Origin: Eledone cirrhosa
Lineage: Eukaryota
Direction: 5' to 3'
DNA: 64,000 nucleotides
Assembly (NCBI GenBank): GCA_964016885.1
Contig: OZ024755.1
Location: forward strand, 36,084,001 to 36,148,000
The position numbers were made by a program, and so were the translations under genes. Of this stretch, positions 26,638-40,595 are shown in pieces. The notes beneath the pieces were generated by a model. It made no database searches and had not been told where the DNA came from. It was given only the letters and a program-made list of their open reading frames with translations. Within the stretch, counting starts at the first letter, position 1; each line of letters begins with the position of its first letter.

Positions 26638-27772
26638 TTTAAACCAACCATATCTGGCCCCAGAAATTCTCTCACCTTTTTCTGTTCAAACTGGCTGTAA
26701 CCGACCACTCATACTGATGTTAAGGTATTATTCTCAAAATCAATAATATCAAGATCTCATAGATTCAATATTATGTGAGATAATTATGTGATGTAAAGCC
26801 TCATGAAAATGTAATAGTATATATATAGAGTAATGTAAATATAGAGTAGTGTAAATATATAGTGTAAATATAGAGTAACGTAAATATAGAGTAATGTAAA
26901 TATAGAGTAGTGTAAATATAGAGTAATGTAAATATAGTGTAATGTAAATATAGAGTAACGTAAATATAGAGTAACGTAAATATAGAGTAACGTAAATATA
27001 GAGTAACGTAAATATAGAGTAACGTAAATATAGAGTAATGTAAATATAGAGTAACGTAAATATAGAGTAACGTAAATATAGAGTAATGTAAATATAGAGC
27101 AACGTAAATATAGAGTAGTGTAAATATAGAGTAGTGTAAATATAGAGTAATGTAAATATAGAGTAATGTAAATATAGAGTAACGTAAATATAGAGTAACG
27201 TAAATATAGAGTAACGTAAATGTAGAGTAGTGTAAATATAGAGTAGTGTAAATATAGAGTAACGTAAATATAGAGTAACTTAAATATAGAGTAGTGTAAA
27301 TATAGAGTAGTGTAAATATAGAGTAACGTAAATATAGAGTAACGTAAATATAGAGTAGTGTAAATATAGAGTAACGTAAATATAGAGTAATGTAAATATA
27401 GAGTAATGTAAATATAGAGTAATGTAAATATAGAGTAATGTAAATATAGAGTAACGTAAATATAGAGTAGTGTAAATATAGAGTAGTGTAAATATAGAGT
27501 AACGTAAATATAGAGTAATGTAAATATAGAGTAGTGTAAATATAGAGTAGTGTAAATATAGTGTAAATATAGAGTAGTATAAATATAGAGTAATGTAAAT
27601 ATAGAGTAGTGTAAATATAGAGTAGTGTAAATATAGAGTAACATAAATATAGTGTAAAGTAAATATAGAGTAATGTAAATATAGAGTAATGTAAATATAG
27701 AGTAACGTAAATATAGAGTAATGTAAATATAGAGTAATGTAAATATAGAGTAGTGTAAATGCTAAAGGGTTG
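26638..27772 (+). repeat. TTAA MITE family 1 with ~950-bp expansion of a 16-bp subterminal unit
   Basis: MITE body 26638-26825, (GTAAATATAGAGTAAT)n, then terminus GTAAATGCTAAAGGGTT. Confidence 0.92.
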
Positions 27773-28191
27773 AGAGCATAACATAATGATTGCTGATCTA
27801 TTTCAACCCAATGGCTTGCAGTCACCTCAAATATATTATATTTCACACTGTTATAGAGAACAGTATTGATTCTCTCTTGACTAATATAGTATTGGTCCTG
27901 CAGATGATGTAGTTTTGTACTGCTTTCTTTAACTTTTAAGTATTTTTACTAACAGTTGATGATGTATATGAAAAGGGTTTTTTGGGAGTCCCCTTAGTTT
28001 TCATTGCTTCACAAAAAACTAACAACAGTCTAATTTGAATACAAATGATTTGTATAACATTACCAGGGTGTTGAAACGTGTCAGGCTTTAAAGCTATTGT
28101 GAAAGGTTATAGCTGTACCTTTACAAGTGAGGTAGGACCACTGCAATAACTGTGTGAATCTGAGAGGGGAATATGTTGAATGAAATCATAC

Positions 28192-28370
28192 TTAACCCTT
28201 TAGCATTTACATTACTCTATATTTACTATGATATTTTCATGGTAAAGGTTTTACCTTTCATAATATCTCACATGATATCGAATCTATGAGATTTTGATAT
28301 TATTTATTTTGAGAATAATACCTTAACATCAGTAAAAGTGGCCGGTTACAGCCAGATGTAGCCGGTTTAA
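28192..28370 (-). mobile_element. TTAA MITE family 1, deleted copy
   Basis: TTAACCCTTTAGCATTTACATTACTCTAT start. Confidence 0.75.
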
Positions 28371-28669
28371 CCTCATGTATTTTCTTTTACCCTAAGCCAG
28401 GAACTTTTCAGCAGCTGGTATATAGAATAGTGACAGCTCTGAACTAGAATAAGCTTGCATAACTTCCAAGTTTATATTAATCTTTAATTCCAAATATGCT
28501 TAACATTAGTTATGGAAGAGGAACTAGAAATAACTTTTTACCTTCTGGAAAGAAACTGCAATGTCTAGTCAGCACCATGAGGCCAAAGCTGAAATATTTA
28601 TATAGTACACACCACTCCACCCCACTCTCTCCCATGAGGACAAGCTGGAGTATATATTCAGTGAAGCCT

Positions 28670-30096
28670 CCAGTCCACACAGTAAAGTGGTCATGTAGGC
28701 GTCATGACAAAAAGCGGTCAGTCCACACAGTAAAGTGGTCATGTAGGCGTCACGACAAAAAGCGCTCAGTCCACACAGTAGAGTGGTCATGTAGGCGTCA
28801 TGACAAAAAGCGCTCAGTCCACACAGTAGAGTGGTCATGTAGGCGTCATGACAAAAAGCGCTCAGTCCACACAGTAAAGTGGTCATGTAGGCGTCATGAC
28901 AAAAAGCGCTCAGTCCACACAGTAAAGTGGTCATGTAGGCGTCACGACAAAAAGCGCTCAGTCCACACAGTAGAGTGGTCATGTAGGCGTCATGACAAAA
29001 AGCGCTCAGTCCACACAGTAAAGTGGTCATGTAGGCGTCACGACAAAAAGCGCTCAGTCCACACAGTAAAGTGGTCATGTAGGCGTCACGACAAAAAGCG
29101 CTCAGTCCACACAGTAAAGTGGTCATGTAGGCGTCATGACAAAAAGCGCTCAGTCCACACAGTAAAGTGGTCATGTAGGCGTCATGACAAAAAGCGCTCA
29201 GTCCACACAGTAGAGTGGTCATGTAGGCATCATGACAAAAAGCGCTCAGTCCACACAGTAAAGTGGTCATGTAGGCGTCACGACAAAAAGCGCTCAGTCC
29301 ACACAGTAGAGTGGTCATGTAGGCGTCACGACAAAAAGCGCTCAGTCCACACAGTAAAGTGGTCATGTAGGCGTCATGACAAAAAGCGCTCAGTCCACAC
29401 AGTAAAGTGGTCATGTAGGCGTCACGACAAAAAGCGCTCAGTCCACACAGTAAAGTGGTCATGTAGGCGTCACGACAAAAAGCGCTCAGTCCACACAGTA
29501 AAGTGGTCATGTAGGCGTCATGACAAAAAGCGCTCAGTCCACACAGTAAAGTGGTCATGTAGGTGTCATGACAAAAAACGCTCATTCCACACAGTAAAGT
29601 GGTCATGTAGGCATCATGACAAAAAGCGCTCAGTCCACACAGTAAAGTGGTCATAGGCGTCACGACAAAAAACACTCAGTGCACACAGTAAAGTGGTCAT
29701 GTAGGCGTCACAACAAAAAGCGCTCAGTCCACACAGGCGTCACGAGAAAAAGCATCCAGTCCACACTGTAATGTGGCTTTGATGGTGATACGGCAAAAAG
29801 CGCTCAGTCCACACAGTAAAGTGGTCGTGTAGGCATCATGACAAAAAGCATCAAAGTGGTCGTGCAGGTGTAACGGCAAAAAGTATCCAGTCCACACTGT
29901 AATGTGGCCATGATAGCGACACGGCAGAAAGTACCCAGCACAAACTGCAAATGTTGTTGGCATTAGGAGGGGCATCCAGCTGTAGAAACCAAACCAAAAT
30001 GAGTTCTGTATGAGAAAGACATTGCTCACAACAGGAGAACCTGCCTAACCTATACTAGCATGGAAAAATGGATGTTGAACGGTGATGATGATGATG
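28670..30096 (+). repeat. Retroposon family C with expanded 48-bp minisatellite (~22 units)
   Basis: Unit CAGTCCACACAGTAAAGTGGTCATGTAGGCGTCATGACAAAAAGCGCT, then family tail and (GAT)n. Confidence 0.93.
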
Positions 30097-30143
30097 TAGC
30101 AGCTAACAAGATTTAAAACAAAAAAAAAAAAAGTAATACTTAC

Positions 30144-30863
30144 TATCTTTGAGTGTGTCTTTCTATAATAGTTTTTTGGTGAATCACTAGCTGTAGCAGA
30201 TCTGGCACTAACAGGTGTGCTGTTTAAGTTGAAGAAACATACTTTATTATGTTCCGGTTCATCTTCTGGTGATTTGCTATGATCTGAAATTCCACCGGGT
30301 AAATTATCAGAATTTAAAGATTTTCGTTTCCTTGAAACGAACACATTCTCGGTGGTATTCTCATGTTGATTGTCAGTATTATGTGACACAGAGCTAACTG
30401 ACAAGGCAGATGTATCAAAACATTTTGTAAAAGACGCTGAAGTATTAGTTCCACTCTGAGAATGGTCGAAAGTGTTTGAACAAGGTTTCTCTGAGCTCTG
30501 AACCTGGGGAATAGGTTTACATTCAGAAGGATTTGTGTTGTTTGCTACGATAGATGGAGTGTTTTCATTGTCGCTACTGCAAGCGCTCATGAAGACATTG
30601 TCACTGAGTTCTTCTTCCTGCCCACTGTCAAAATGGCTGTTCTTAGACTGGCTGCTATCTGGCAGTGAAACTTGTTTGGCTGAAAAACTGTTAGAGTTTA
30701 TAATATCTTTAAGTCGGCACACAGGTAGTATTTCATGAAACTTTTGAGTGGCAGTACTGATATGACAATCTTTAGGAAAGCTACGATCACTACATGTTGA
30801 AATAATAGGGTTCACTTCATTATTTTCTTCTTTGGACGGTTTCCTTTTAGACTTTTGAGCAGA
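30144..30863 (-). CDS. Internal coding exon (240 codons, phase 0/0), Ser/Asn/Glu-rich, likely same gene as 16642-17202
   Basis: Unique open frame SAQKSKRK...RKTHSKI; acceptor CTCATTCTCTTTTTACAG| and donor ATA|GTAAGT; 720 bp; basic NLS-like SRKRKS. Confidence 0.82.
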
Positions 30864-31329
30864 CTGTAAAAAGAGAATGAGAGAAGTGCTTAACTTAGTT
30901 ATCAACTTTTCTATTTTCTTTGTAGTAAACGTTAATCAATATTAATTTGGAATGAAACATTGTACACGTTCAGTTAGTTGCATAAAATATTAAATGTGCT
31001 TTTATCTTTAAACACAGCAATGCCGTCCATGACAGTAGTGATGACAACAAAAATGCAAATGTTCATCTTATAGGAGCAGCTATGTGGTTACTCAACCTGC
31101 TAGAAATAGCAAACAAATCTCACTCAAAAATCTGTACCTGTTCTGGAGTGAAAGACTTAATCCGTCGCCCAGTTTTACACAACCATCAGTCCGTTGGGAG
31201 CAAGTATTCAGATCAGGTCTTATTGAGTTGAGGATAACCCACAAGATGTGGTTTCTTCTTCACCCTCTCCCTTTATTGTCTTGGAGACACTCTAAATATG
31301 GTGTGGCTGCTCAGAATAAGCCATAGCAA

Positions 31330-31527
31330 AAATGGTTTCTTATATAGGGGAGGAGAAAGTCGATTAAATCGACCCTAGTGCGTGACTGGTACTTTATTTT
31401 ATCGACCCTTATAAGGATGAAAAGCAAAGTTAACCTCGGCGAGATTTGAACTCAGATCATAAAGGGCCGTAACTGTATGCTGCAAAGCATGGCGTCCGAC
31501 CCTCTACCAATACTGCCAATCCACCGG
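31330..31527 (-). mobile_element. SINE family B
   Basis: Matches family consensus. Confidence 0.85.
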
Positions 31528-32154
31528 CATAGCAAAAGTGTAAAAAATTAAGTGCCATGCAATAGACCATGATGATGATGCCAGGATTAACTCCCATAAC
31601 ATATGACAGGAGAGAGAAGCAGCAACACCTTCACCATTAAACCACAAACACATATATGCATACATATATATGTATATTCAGTAGCAGCAGCACTGCCGCC
31701 ACCACCCCCACTTACAGCGGAGCTCCTCAAAGTGTGTGGGGGGCGGGGGCGTTGAGAAGGTCCAGGTGGGCCTAAGGGGGCAATAGAGATGATATAATAG
31801 TATATTTGTTGTAGGGAAAAAACCCCTGAACATTCTCGCATAGCTAAAGTGGACTAGGCAAAATGTCTATAAATAATTGTTTCTACTTTTGGCACAAGGC
31901 CAGCAATTACCCAGTGCATTACGGGTACTTTATTTTATTGACCCCGTAAGAGAACTGTCAGCAGACTGTGTATGTAGTGTCCCTGTCTCTGTAATTTGAA
32001 ATTACACCTGGTGAATATTTTGGTTTTACCGGGTCATTCATACAGACATACTAAACAGGTGTGTCACATCATTATAACAATATTAAATATCAAATGATAC
32101 ATATTATATATAAATATAATAAAATAAAAGATATATAATATTTTTATTTATACA

Positions 32155-32630
32155 TCTTCTTGTGACGCTAAACTCCGCCAGTTGCAGACTGCACATCAAC
32201 ATGTGATATCTCTCTCCACAAAGTTCCATCACCAACAGCAGAGTTTAAAGAGCAAAGATCAAGTTCAGTCCATCAGTTGACATTGTCAAGCCATCGTTTG
32301 GCTGCCGGCCTCTGCTTCTCTTACCAGCCAACCTTCCTTCCAGGCATAACCTACTCACACCATGAGTTGATCTCTTTATATGGCCGTATAGTTTGAGTAC
32401 TCTTGACTTGACAATTGATGTAATTGGTCTAAGTTTGGTAATGTTGAGCAGCTCACTGATACAGATATGGTCGCTGAGCTGCTTGCCAGTCATAAGTCTC
32501 ATGATGTGGTTCTGGAATGTAGAGAGCTTCTGAAGTGACCTTGTCGTCCAATTAACACAGTCAAGACCATATAACACAACTGGTAAGATGTAAGTATCAA
32601 AGATCTTAGCCTTCAAATGATTATTATATG
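32155..32630 (-). mobile_element. RTE LINE 3' fragment
   Basis: LKAKIFDTYILPVVLYGLDC, LKLYGHIKR, GKRSRGRQP. Confidence 0.88.
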
Positions 32631-32653
32631 ACACTAATATATTATATATTATT

Positions 32654-32835
32654 TTGGCAGTATCGGTAGAGGGTCGGACGCTATGATTTGCGCACAGAGT
32701 TACGGCCCTTGCCATTCTGAGTTTGAATCCCGCCGAGGTTAACTTTGCCTTTCATCCTTACGGGGACGATAAAATAAAGTACCAGTAATACACTGGGTAT
32801 TTGCTGGCCTTGTGTCAAAAGTAGAAACAATTATA
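32654..32835 (+). mobile_element. SINE family B
   Basis: Matches family consensus. Confidence 0.85.
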
Positions 32836-33624
32836 TTAGTCAAATGATATTTATACATAGTATATATTATTTATCATATATCAATGAACCATTTTCTTTA
32901 TTGCATATTATTTACAATAGGCATGTAGGCAGGTCTCTCTGGAAATAGGGTTGGGGGGGGGGGTATTAGGTGGCTGTGAGAGGGCGCTGTGACAGTGGCT
33001 CACAAGGTTTGAGAACCTCTGACCTACAGAAACAATACTGGATGTCAGTTGTTACTGGATAAATAAAGAATCTGACAGAGACTGGTTGTTGAGTGGGAAA
33101 TCACTGGAATGTCAAATATGTTACCTTCTTCACAGAAGAGTGAAAAGAAGAAGAATGTCAAAGAGGAGCAAAGACGACAAGAGAAACCATAAGAAAGATA
33201 ATGACCTCCACCATCACCTAGCACAACAACAGCAACAACATTGCCAGTAGGCATCTCAACACTAGCAACTCTACACTGTCATCACTAAAAGACATACAAA
33301 TTACTGGAAGATTTCACATAAAAACAAAGCCATTAACACAGACATGGACACATAGACATACAGACTCGGACAGACTCAGACACACACACACATAGACACA
33401 GACACACACTGACAGACACATACATACACGGACACACACTGACACATACACACACATACAGACATGGACACACACATACAAGGACAAACTGACACATACG
33501 CACACACACACACATGTACACACACGTACATACACACACACACATGTAGACACACACACACTCATAAAAATGAAACAGTTCTATCAACATCACAGCCATC
33601 CAACAGCTAATTATTATAAACAAC

Positions 33625-33628
33625 AGTA

Positions 33629-33661
<33 letters not shown>

Positions 33662-33810
33662 GTTACTACTATTACTGCTACTACTACTACTACTACTATT
33701 ACTGCTGCCACTAATATTACTGCTACTACTACCACTACTACTACTGCTGCTGCTACTACTACCACCACCGCTACTACTACCACTACTACCACCGCTACTA
33801 CTACTACTAA
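33625..33810. repeat. (TAC)n-type trinucleotide repeat
   Basis: Direct observation. Confidence 0.95.
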
Positions 33811-33904
33811 AGGAAAATTAAAACTCTTATGAAGTCTATAGAGCAGATCAGTTACATCCTTTGTTTTTCTTTTGTTTTTGTTTTTACATACAGAAACGCC
33901 CATT

Positions 33905-34704
33905 TGTACTGTTCTGTACTGTACTATACAGTACAGTACTCTACTGTCCTGTACTGTACAGTACTGTACTGTCCTGTACAGTACTGTCTTGTCCTGTCCT
34001 GTACAGTACTGTACTGTCCTGTCCTGTCCTGTACTGTACAGTACTGTACTGTACTGTCTTGTCCTGTCCTGTACAGTACTGTACTGTCCTGTCCTGTACT
34101 GTACAGTACTGTACAGTACTGTACTTTACTGTCCAGTACTGTACAGTACAGGACAGTACAGTAGAGTACTGTACTGCCCTGTACTGTACTGTACTGTCCT
34201 GTATTTTACAGTACTGTCCAGTACTGTACTGTACAGGACAGTACAGTACTGTACTGTACTGCCCTGTACTGTCCTGTACTGTACTGTCCTGTATTGTCCA
34301 GTACTGTCTTGTACTGTCCTGTACAGTACAGTACTGTACTGTACTGTACTGCCCTGTACTGTACTGTACTGTACTGCCCTGTCCTGTACTGTACTGTACT
34401 GTATTGTCCAGTACTGTCTTGTACTGTCCTGTACAGTACAGTACTGTACTGCCCTGTACTGTACTGTACTGTACTGTACTGTACTGTCCTGTATTGTCCA
34501 GTACTGTCCTGTACAGTACAGTACTGTACTGTACTGTACTGTACTGTACTGTACTGCCCTGTCCTGTACTGTACTGTACTGTATTGTCCAGTACTGTCTT
34601 GTACTGTCCTGTACAGTACAGTACAGTACAGTACTGTACTGTACTGTACTGTCCAGTACTGTCCTGTACTGTCATGTACTGTCCTGTACAGTACAGTACT
34701 GTCC
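33905..34704. repeat. Pentamer satellite (GTACT/GTACA/GTCCT)n
   Basis: Direct observation; mixes a unit with its own reverse complement. Confidence 0.96.
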
Positions 34705-34777
34705 TTAATGTTATACTTTGTGTCAACCCTTGAGGGTAATATAGAAAACATTTTATCATTATTATTATTATTATAAT

Positions 34778-35195
34778 GGTGGTGAAGTGGCTGGGTCGTT
34801 AGAACGTTGGATAGAATTCTTTACAGTATTCATTGCTGCTCTCTACTCTTGGAGTTGAAATCCCACCGAGGTCAACTTTGCCTTTCATCCATTCGAGGTC
34901 GATAAAATAAGGTACCAGTAATACACTGGGGTAATTGCTGGCCTTGTGCCCAAAGTAGAAAAAATTATTATTATTGAAATAATAATAATAATGTTTTCTT
35001 TATTGATGGTGGTGGATTGGCAGTATCGGTAGAGGGTCGGACGCATCTTTGCAGCATAGAGTTATGGCCTTTTACGTTCTGAGTTCAAATCCCACCGATG
35101 TTAACTTTGCCTTTCATCCTTACAGGGGTCTATAAAATAAAATACCGGTAATGCACTGGGACAATTGCTGGCCTTGTGCCATAAGTAGAAACATT
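34778..35195 (+). mobile_element. Two SINE family B copies
   Basis: 34778-34965 (older) and 35007-35195. Confidence 0.85.
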
Positions 35196-35778
35196 AATAT
35201 TTTTTTTTTATAATTATTTTAGAGAAAACAATTTTAGAGAAAACAATTTCACTTTTTTCTTCTTTTATTTTGGATGGGGAGAAAGGCGGGGTACCAGTAA
35301 TTTTGATTGAAGGTGGATATTTTTTAACTGGAATCAAACATTATATATTAAAGTATATGATTTACAGTATTCATTAAAACAAAAATGAGATCAAACAGTA
35401 CATGAAATTAGGGAAGTAGGTTGTATTTATTATACCATTTGAATTCAGCTTTGTTTTGCTTGTTTTTTGTTGTTTGTTGGACGTTTTATTTTAATTTTAT
35501 TTTTCATTTTTATTTTTATATATTTATTTATCTATTATTATTATTATTTTTTGTTATTTTTTTTTTTGTTATTTCCAGACACTGATATGGAAAAAAACGA
35601 GTAAAATATGAAAGCAGTCATCTAATGATCAGACAAGCACCAGAAAGGGATGCAGAGATGTGTAGGGTGAAATGAGGAATGTCACACCAAAAGAAATTAA
35701 ACTTAATAATGATGATGATGTTGTTGTTGGTGGTGGTGATGGTGATTATGACAACAACATCATCATCATCAACAACAA

Positions 35779-36690
35779 GAATCAGGCATCTACCATAATC
35801 TGAACACCTTGCTTCCCTGGGCATGGATACATTGAAGCTCTGACAACTCAAGCTGGCTGTGGACAAGTGTACCACCATGCATTTGGGAGGAAAAGCCCAG
35901 CATCCACATACTCCCTCCACAACACTAATATCAAGAAGTCTTCTTGTGAACGTGACCTGGGCATTACGGTCAGCAGCGATTTGCGTTGGAGGGAGCACTT
36001 CTCTAAAAATTGTCAAGAAGGCCGAGGGTGTCTTAGCATCACTCAGCAAGACCTTTGTCAGCCGCTCTCCAGCTATCTATTTAAAGCTGTATATAGCTAT
36101 GGTGCGGCCACACTTAGAATTTGCATCACCAGTCTGGAAACCCTATCTTGGTCAGAACATTGACCTCCTGGAAACTGTTCAGAGATGTGCAACCAAGCGA
36201 ATACCCTCCATCAGGCACCTACCATACTCTGAACGCCTTGCTTCCTGGGCATGGATACATTGAATCTCCGACGTCTGGCAACTGACTTGGTAAGCACCCA
36301 CAAAATTGTTAACCATCTTTCTAACAACAACCCTGAGTACCATTTTGATTTCCATGTGTCTAACACCCTTAGACATGCTTACAAAGTCAGAAAACAGCAC
36401 AGCTCCCATGACATTCGGAAACATTTTTTCACGCTCAGAGTTACTGAAACATGGAACAAACTCCCTGCATCAGTTGTTAGCTGCCGAGACACTACATCCT
36501 TTAACACCTCCATGTATCCCGAAATTCACAAATACTACACCTCCATACACATGCACACATGTATCGGTGTGTATATCATGACTCATACACTGTTCACTTT
36601 CCTGACTTTTGTACATTATTCTATGTACTATGCATACACCTTTGATGAGTTGTAGTGCACCTGAGCACTGTACACAATAATTTTCATTAT
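35779..36690 (+). mobile_element. CR1-clade LINE 3' fragment
   Basis: DKCTTMHLG, ERDLGITVSSDLRW, MVRPHLEFASPVWKP, LETVQRCATK, YSERL, FFTLRVTETWNKLP; frameshifted. Confidence 0.92.
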
Positions 36691-36691
36691 A

Positions 36692-36875
36692 CAGTATCGG
36701 TAGAGGATCGGACGCCATGCTTTCTAGCATAGTTACGTCCCTTTATGATCTGAGTTCAAATCCCGCCAAGGTTAACTTTGCCTTTCATCCTTACTGGGTC
36801 GATAAAATAAAGTACCAGTAATGCATTGGTATAATTGCTGGCCTTGTGCCAAAAGTAGAAACAATTATTATTATT
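36692..36875 (+). mobile_element. SINE family B
   Basis: Matches family consensus; (ATT)n tail. Confidence 0.85.
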
Positions 36876-38994
36876 ATTTTATATTATCAACAGCTCAGAA
36901 CAAATAAAATATGATAGAAACTACTCTTTCCTTCTCTCTTTCGCTATGTTAGATGAGCGTTCACCAGTATGTATAACCCTCCCCTCCTCTCTACACATAC
37001 ATATCGTTCTGATCGATCGACAAGATCCCAGACCTCATTCGCTTGCCAAGTGGAGTAGACTTCATCAAATCGGACCAAGGAAACAACGTTTCCATTGGTC
37101 TTTCTATTGCTGATACTATCTACTGGTCACAACTCCTGGCAGCAGGAGCAATGCGACATAAAGTGCCTTGCTCAAGGGCACAACACATCACCTGGTCCAA
37201 GTTCACCGACTACCGGTCTGTGACCACTGTATCATATCTTAATTTCTCCCTCTGCCTCTCAAGATATTCTCCCTTTCTACAAAAGAAACAGTCACATTTT
37301 TTTTTACCACTGTATCACATGTTAATTCCTCCCTCTGCCTCTAGAGAATTTCTCACTTGCTACAATCACGTCAAAGAAACAGTCCTTTTTCTTGAGGGGT
37401 TTCTTGATAAGCTGTATCAGCCTCACAGTGATGATGCATCTTTATAGTGCAGAAATCATTGCACACAGATCGGCGAAGCTGCAGTTGGGACTTTGAAGAA
37501 AAAATAGGTATATTTTTGTCTATTATTTCCTCATATTTTGTATATATATATATATATATATTTAAATAGATGCATGTGTTTATGTGCATGCATATCATCA
37601 TATAACCCAGTACACCATTTTGATGAGAATAGGGAATCGTATGCAACATGGCGGCTAGAAGGTTGCACAAAACATGATAGCAGGCAACACTAGGTGCATG
37701 AGAGATAGGACACAGGAGTTATTAGAAGTACTGGCCACTATATTTCAGTAGGCTTTTACCAACTAACCACACCTAAAACCATTAATTGAAGCAGTTTTGA
37801 TAGGATGGTAGAGCTGTTGAGTGGTTATATTTGAGAGAGAGAAAGAGATTGGGGAAATGTGTGTGCGCGCGTAAGACTGCAATCAAAGCTAGGAAGCAGA
37901 AAGATACGAGAACTCGAAAGAAGGATAATCAGAGAGAAGTTATCAAGCTAAACTGAATTTCCCTAAACACTCAAGCCAAAGTGTTGAAATATTTGTGGTC
38001 AGTGAGGTGGAAAGTAAATGCTACCTTACTCAGCCCCACCATCTGCAAACACACACACTAACACCGTTACATACACAAATACAGATGCACAATCATGCAC
38101 ACATACCAGAGGACATTTGTGTTTCATTTGAGGGATTGTTAAAAGGTTTTATTGAAGATAAAAGGAGTCATTTAGAAGACTGCAATCTTGATAATCAAGT
38201 AGTTGGCAACAAGGGGCCAATTGTATATGGGTAATGTATCAAAGGAACTTTGTGAAGGGTTTGCGAATTCATATTACGTAACAGCGACAAGGAATCCTTA
38301 AACCTGTTTGTTGCATTCTTAACATTGAACAACAGAAACTAATAAACCAGGCTGAAGAGATAACTGACAGATTCACTGCAGTAGGGAACACAGAAGCTTA
38401 TTGACTCTGGCGGAGCCGTCCACAATTTGATGAGGAATTTCTCTGGGTTTACTAATCAACTTTACTAGGCAACTTCTATCACTGAAAGCCGCTGGTACGA
38501 AAGAGGAAAGAAAAGTTCCGAGGAAATTATTAAATGTCAAAAGAATACATTAAGATGATGTACAATAAATTTCATTAAAGTCTGTTGTGTGTGTGGGTGG
38601 GAGTGTGAAACAATATGTCTGTATATGATTGTTTCTGTCAAGAAAATTGTCTGCAAATTCTTTTGTGTAATATAGAAGTTAACAATTTGACAAATACAAA
38701 CATTCAGGTTAATATTACTGAATGTAAGACATCACTCGCAAGTGTGCTCAAGTTCTGAAGTGTAACTGGAGCCATGAACACAGATGCTGCATCCCACTCA
38801 TGAATTCAGACAGGTGACAAAACATACAGACACACAGACACAAAAATGTATAGATAATTTTGTTCTTAGGTAACCCTAACAAATAATAAAATAAAAGTAA
38901 ATGAATACAACAAACCCAGACTACAAAAGACACACCAAACAAAATACAATTACTAACTTACAAAAAACATAATATTTAACAAATTAAAACAACC

Positions 38995-40283
38995 ATTATG
39001 TTGGTATCACAACAAAAAGCACCCAACACACACTGTAAAGTGGTCATGTAGGTGTCACAACAAAAAGCACCCAACACACACTGTAAAGTGGTCATGTAGG
39101 TGTCACGACAAAAAGCACCCAGTCCACACTGTAAAGTGGTCATGTAGGTGTCACGACAAAAAGCACCCAGTCCACACTGTAAAGTGGTCATGTAGGTGTC
39201 ACGACAAAAAGCACCCAGTCCACACTGTAAAGTGGTCATGTGGGTGTCACGACAAAAAGCACCCAGTCCACACTGTAAAGTGGTCATGTGGGTGTCATGA
39301 CAAAAACCACCCAGTCCACACTGTAAAGTGGTCATGTGGGTGTCACGACAAAAAGCACCCAGCCCACACTGTAAAGTGGTCATGTAGGTGTCACGACAAA
39401 AACTACCCAGTCCACACTGTAAAGTGGTCATGTAGGTGTCACGACAAAAAGCACCCAGTCCACACTGTAAAGTGGTCATGTAGGTGTCACAACAAAAAGC
39501 ACCCAGTCCACACTGTAAAGTGGTCATGTAGGTGTCACAACAAAAAGCACCCAGTCCACACTGTAAAGTGGTCATGTAGGTGTCACGACAAAAAGCACCC
39601 AGTCCACACTGTAAAGTGGTCGTGTAGGTGTCACGACAAAAAGCACCCAGTCCACACTGTAAAGTGGTCATGTGGGTGTCACGACAAAAAGCACCCAGTC
39701 CACACTGTAAAGTGGTCATGTGGGTGTCACAACAAAAAGCACCCAGTCCACACTGTAAAGTGGTCATGTAGGTGTCACGACAAAAAGCACCCAGTCCACA
39801 CTGTAAAGTGGTCGTGTAGGTGTCACGACAAAAAGCACCCAGCCCACACTGTAAAGTGGTCATGTGGGTGTCACAACAAAAAAGCACCCAGTCCACACTG
39901 TAAAGTGGTCATGTGGGTGTCACAACAAAAAGCACCCAGTCCACACTGTAAAGTGGTCATGTGGGTGTCACAACAAAAAGCACCCAGTCCACACTGTAAA
40001 GTGGTCATGTAGGTGTCACGACAAAAACTACCCAGTCCACACTGTAAAGTGGTCATGTAGGTGTCACAACAAAAACCACCCAGCCCACACTGTAAAGTGG
40101 CCATGTAGGTGTCACGACAAAAAGCACCCAGCCCACACTGTAAATGTGGTTGATGTAAGGAAGGGTATCCAACTGTAGAAACCAACCCAGAAACAGTTCT
40201 GTATGAGCAAGATACGGTCACCTGACCAAACTTGCCTCTAATGGGACAACCCATCTAATCCATGCTAGCATGGAAAATGGATG
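38995..40283 (+). repeat. Retroposon family C with expanded 48-bp minisatellite (~23 units)
   Basis: Unit CAGTCCACACTGTAAAGTGGTCATGTAGGTGTCACGACAAAAAGCACC; tail interrupted by a MITE and resumes at 40512. Confidence 0.93.
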
Positions 40284-40511
40284 TTAACCCTTTAGCATTT
40301 AAACCGGTCATATCCGGCCAGAATTCTCTCACCTCTTTCTGTTCAGACCAGCCATAATCAGCTACTCATACTTATGTTAAGATATTGTTCTCAAAATAAA
40401 TAATATCAACATCTCATAGATTCGATATTATGTAAGATATTATGTAAGATAAAGTGTTTACCACAAAAATACAATAGTAAATATAGAGCAATGTAAATGT
40501 TAAAGGGTTAA
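40284..40511 (+). mobile_element. TTAA MITE family 1, complete reference copy
   Basis: TTAA-CCCTTTAGCATTTA ... TAAATGTTAAAGGG-TTAA inserted in the GTTAA of a retroposon tail. Confidence 0.88.
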
Positions 40512-40595
40512 ATAATGATGATGATGATGCTGCTGCTTCACTACAAGTAAAATGATCCACCAAAATACTTAATGTCTATTCAACAAAAACCTGAG

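Noticed and set aside
28496-29675. Long repetitive ORFs on both strands (also 20143-21066, 38976-39896, 43068-44134)
   Set aside because: Translations of minisatellites derived from retroposon or satellite DNA; open in several frames or strands with no coding signature
16642-30863. Naming the host gene (e.g. a DNA-repair or mitotic kinase scaffold)
   Set aside because: No recognisable conserved domain in the exons; any symbol would be a guess
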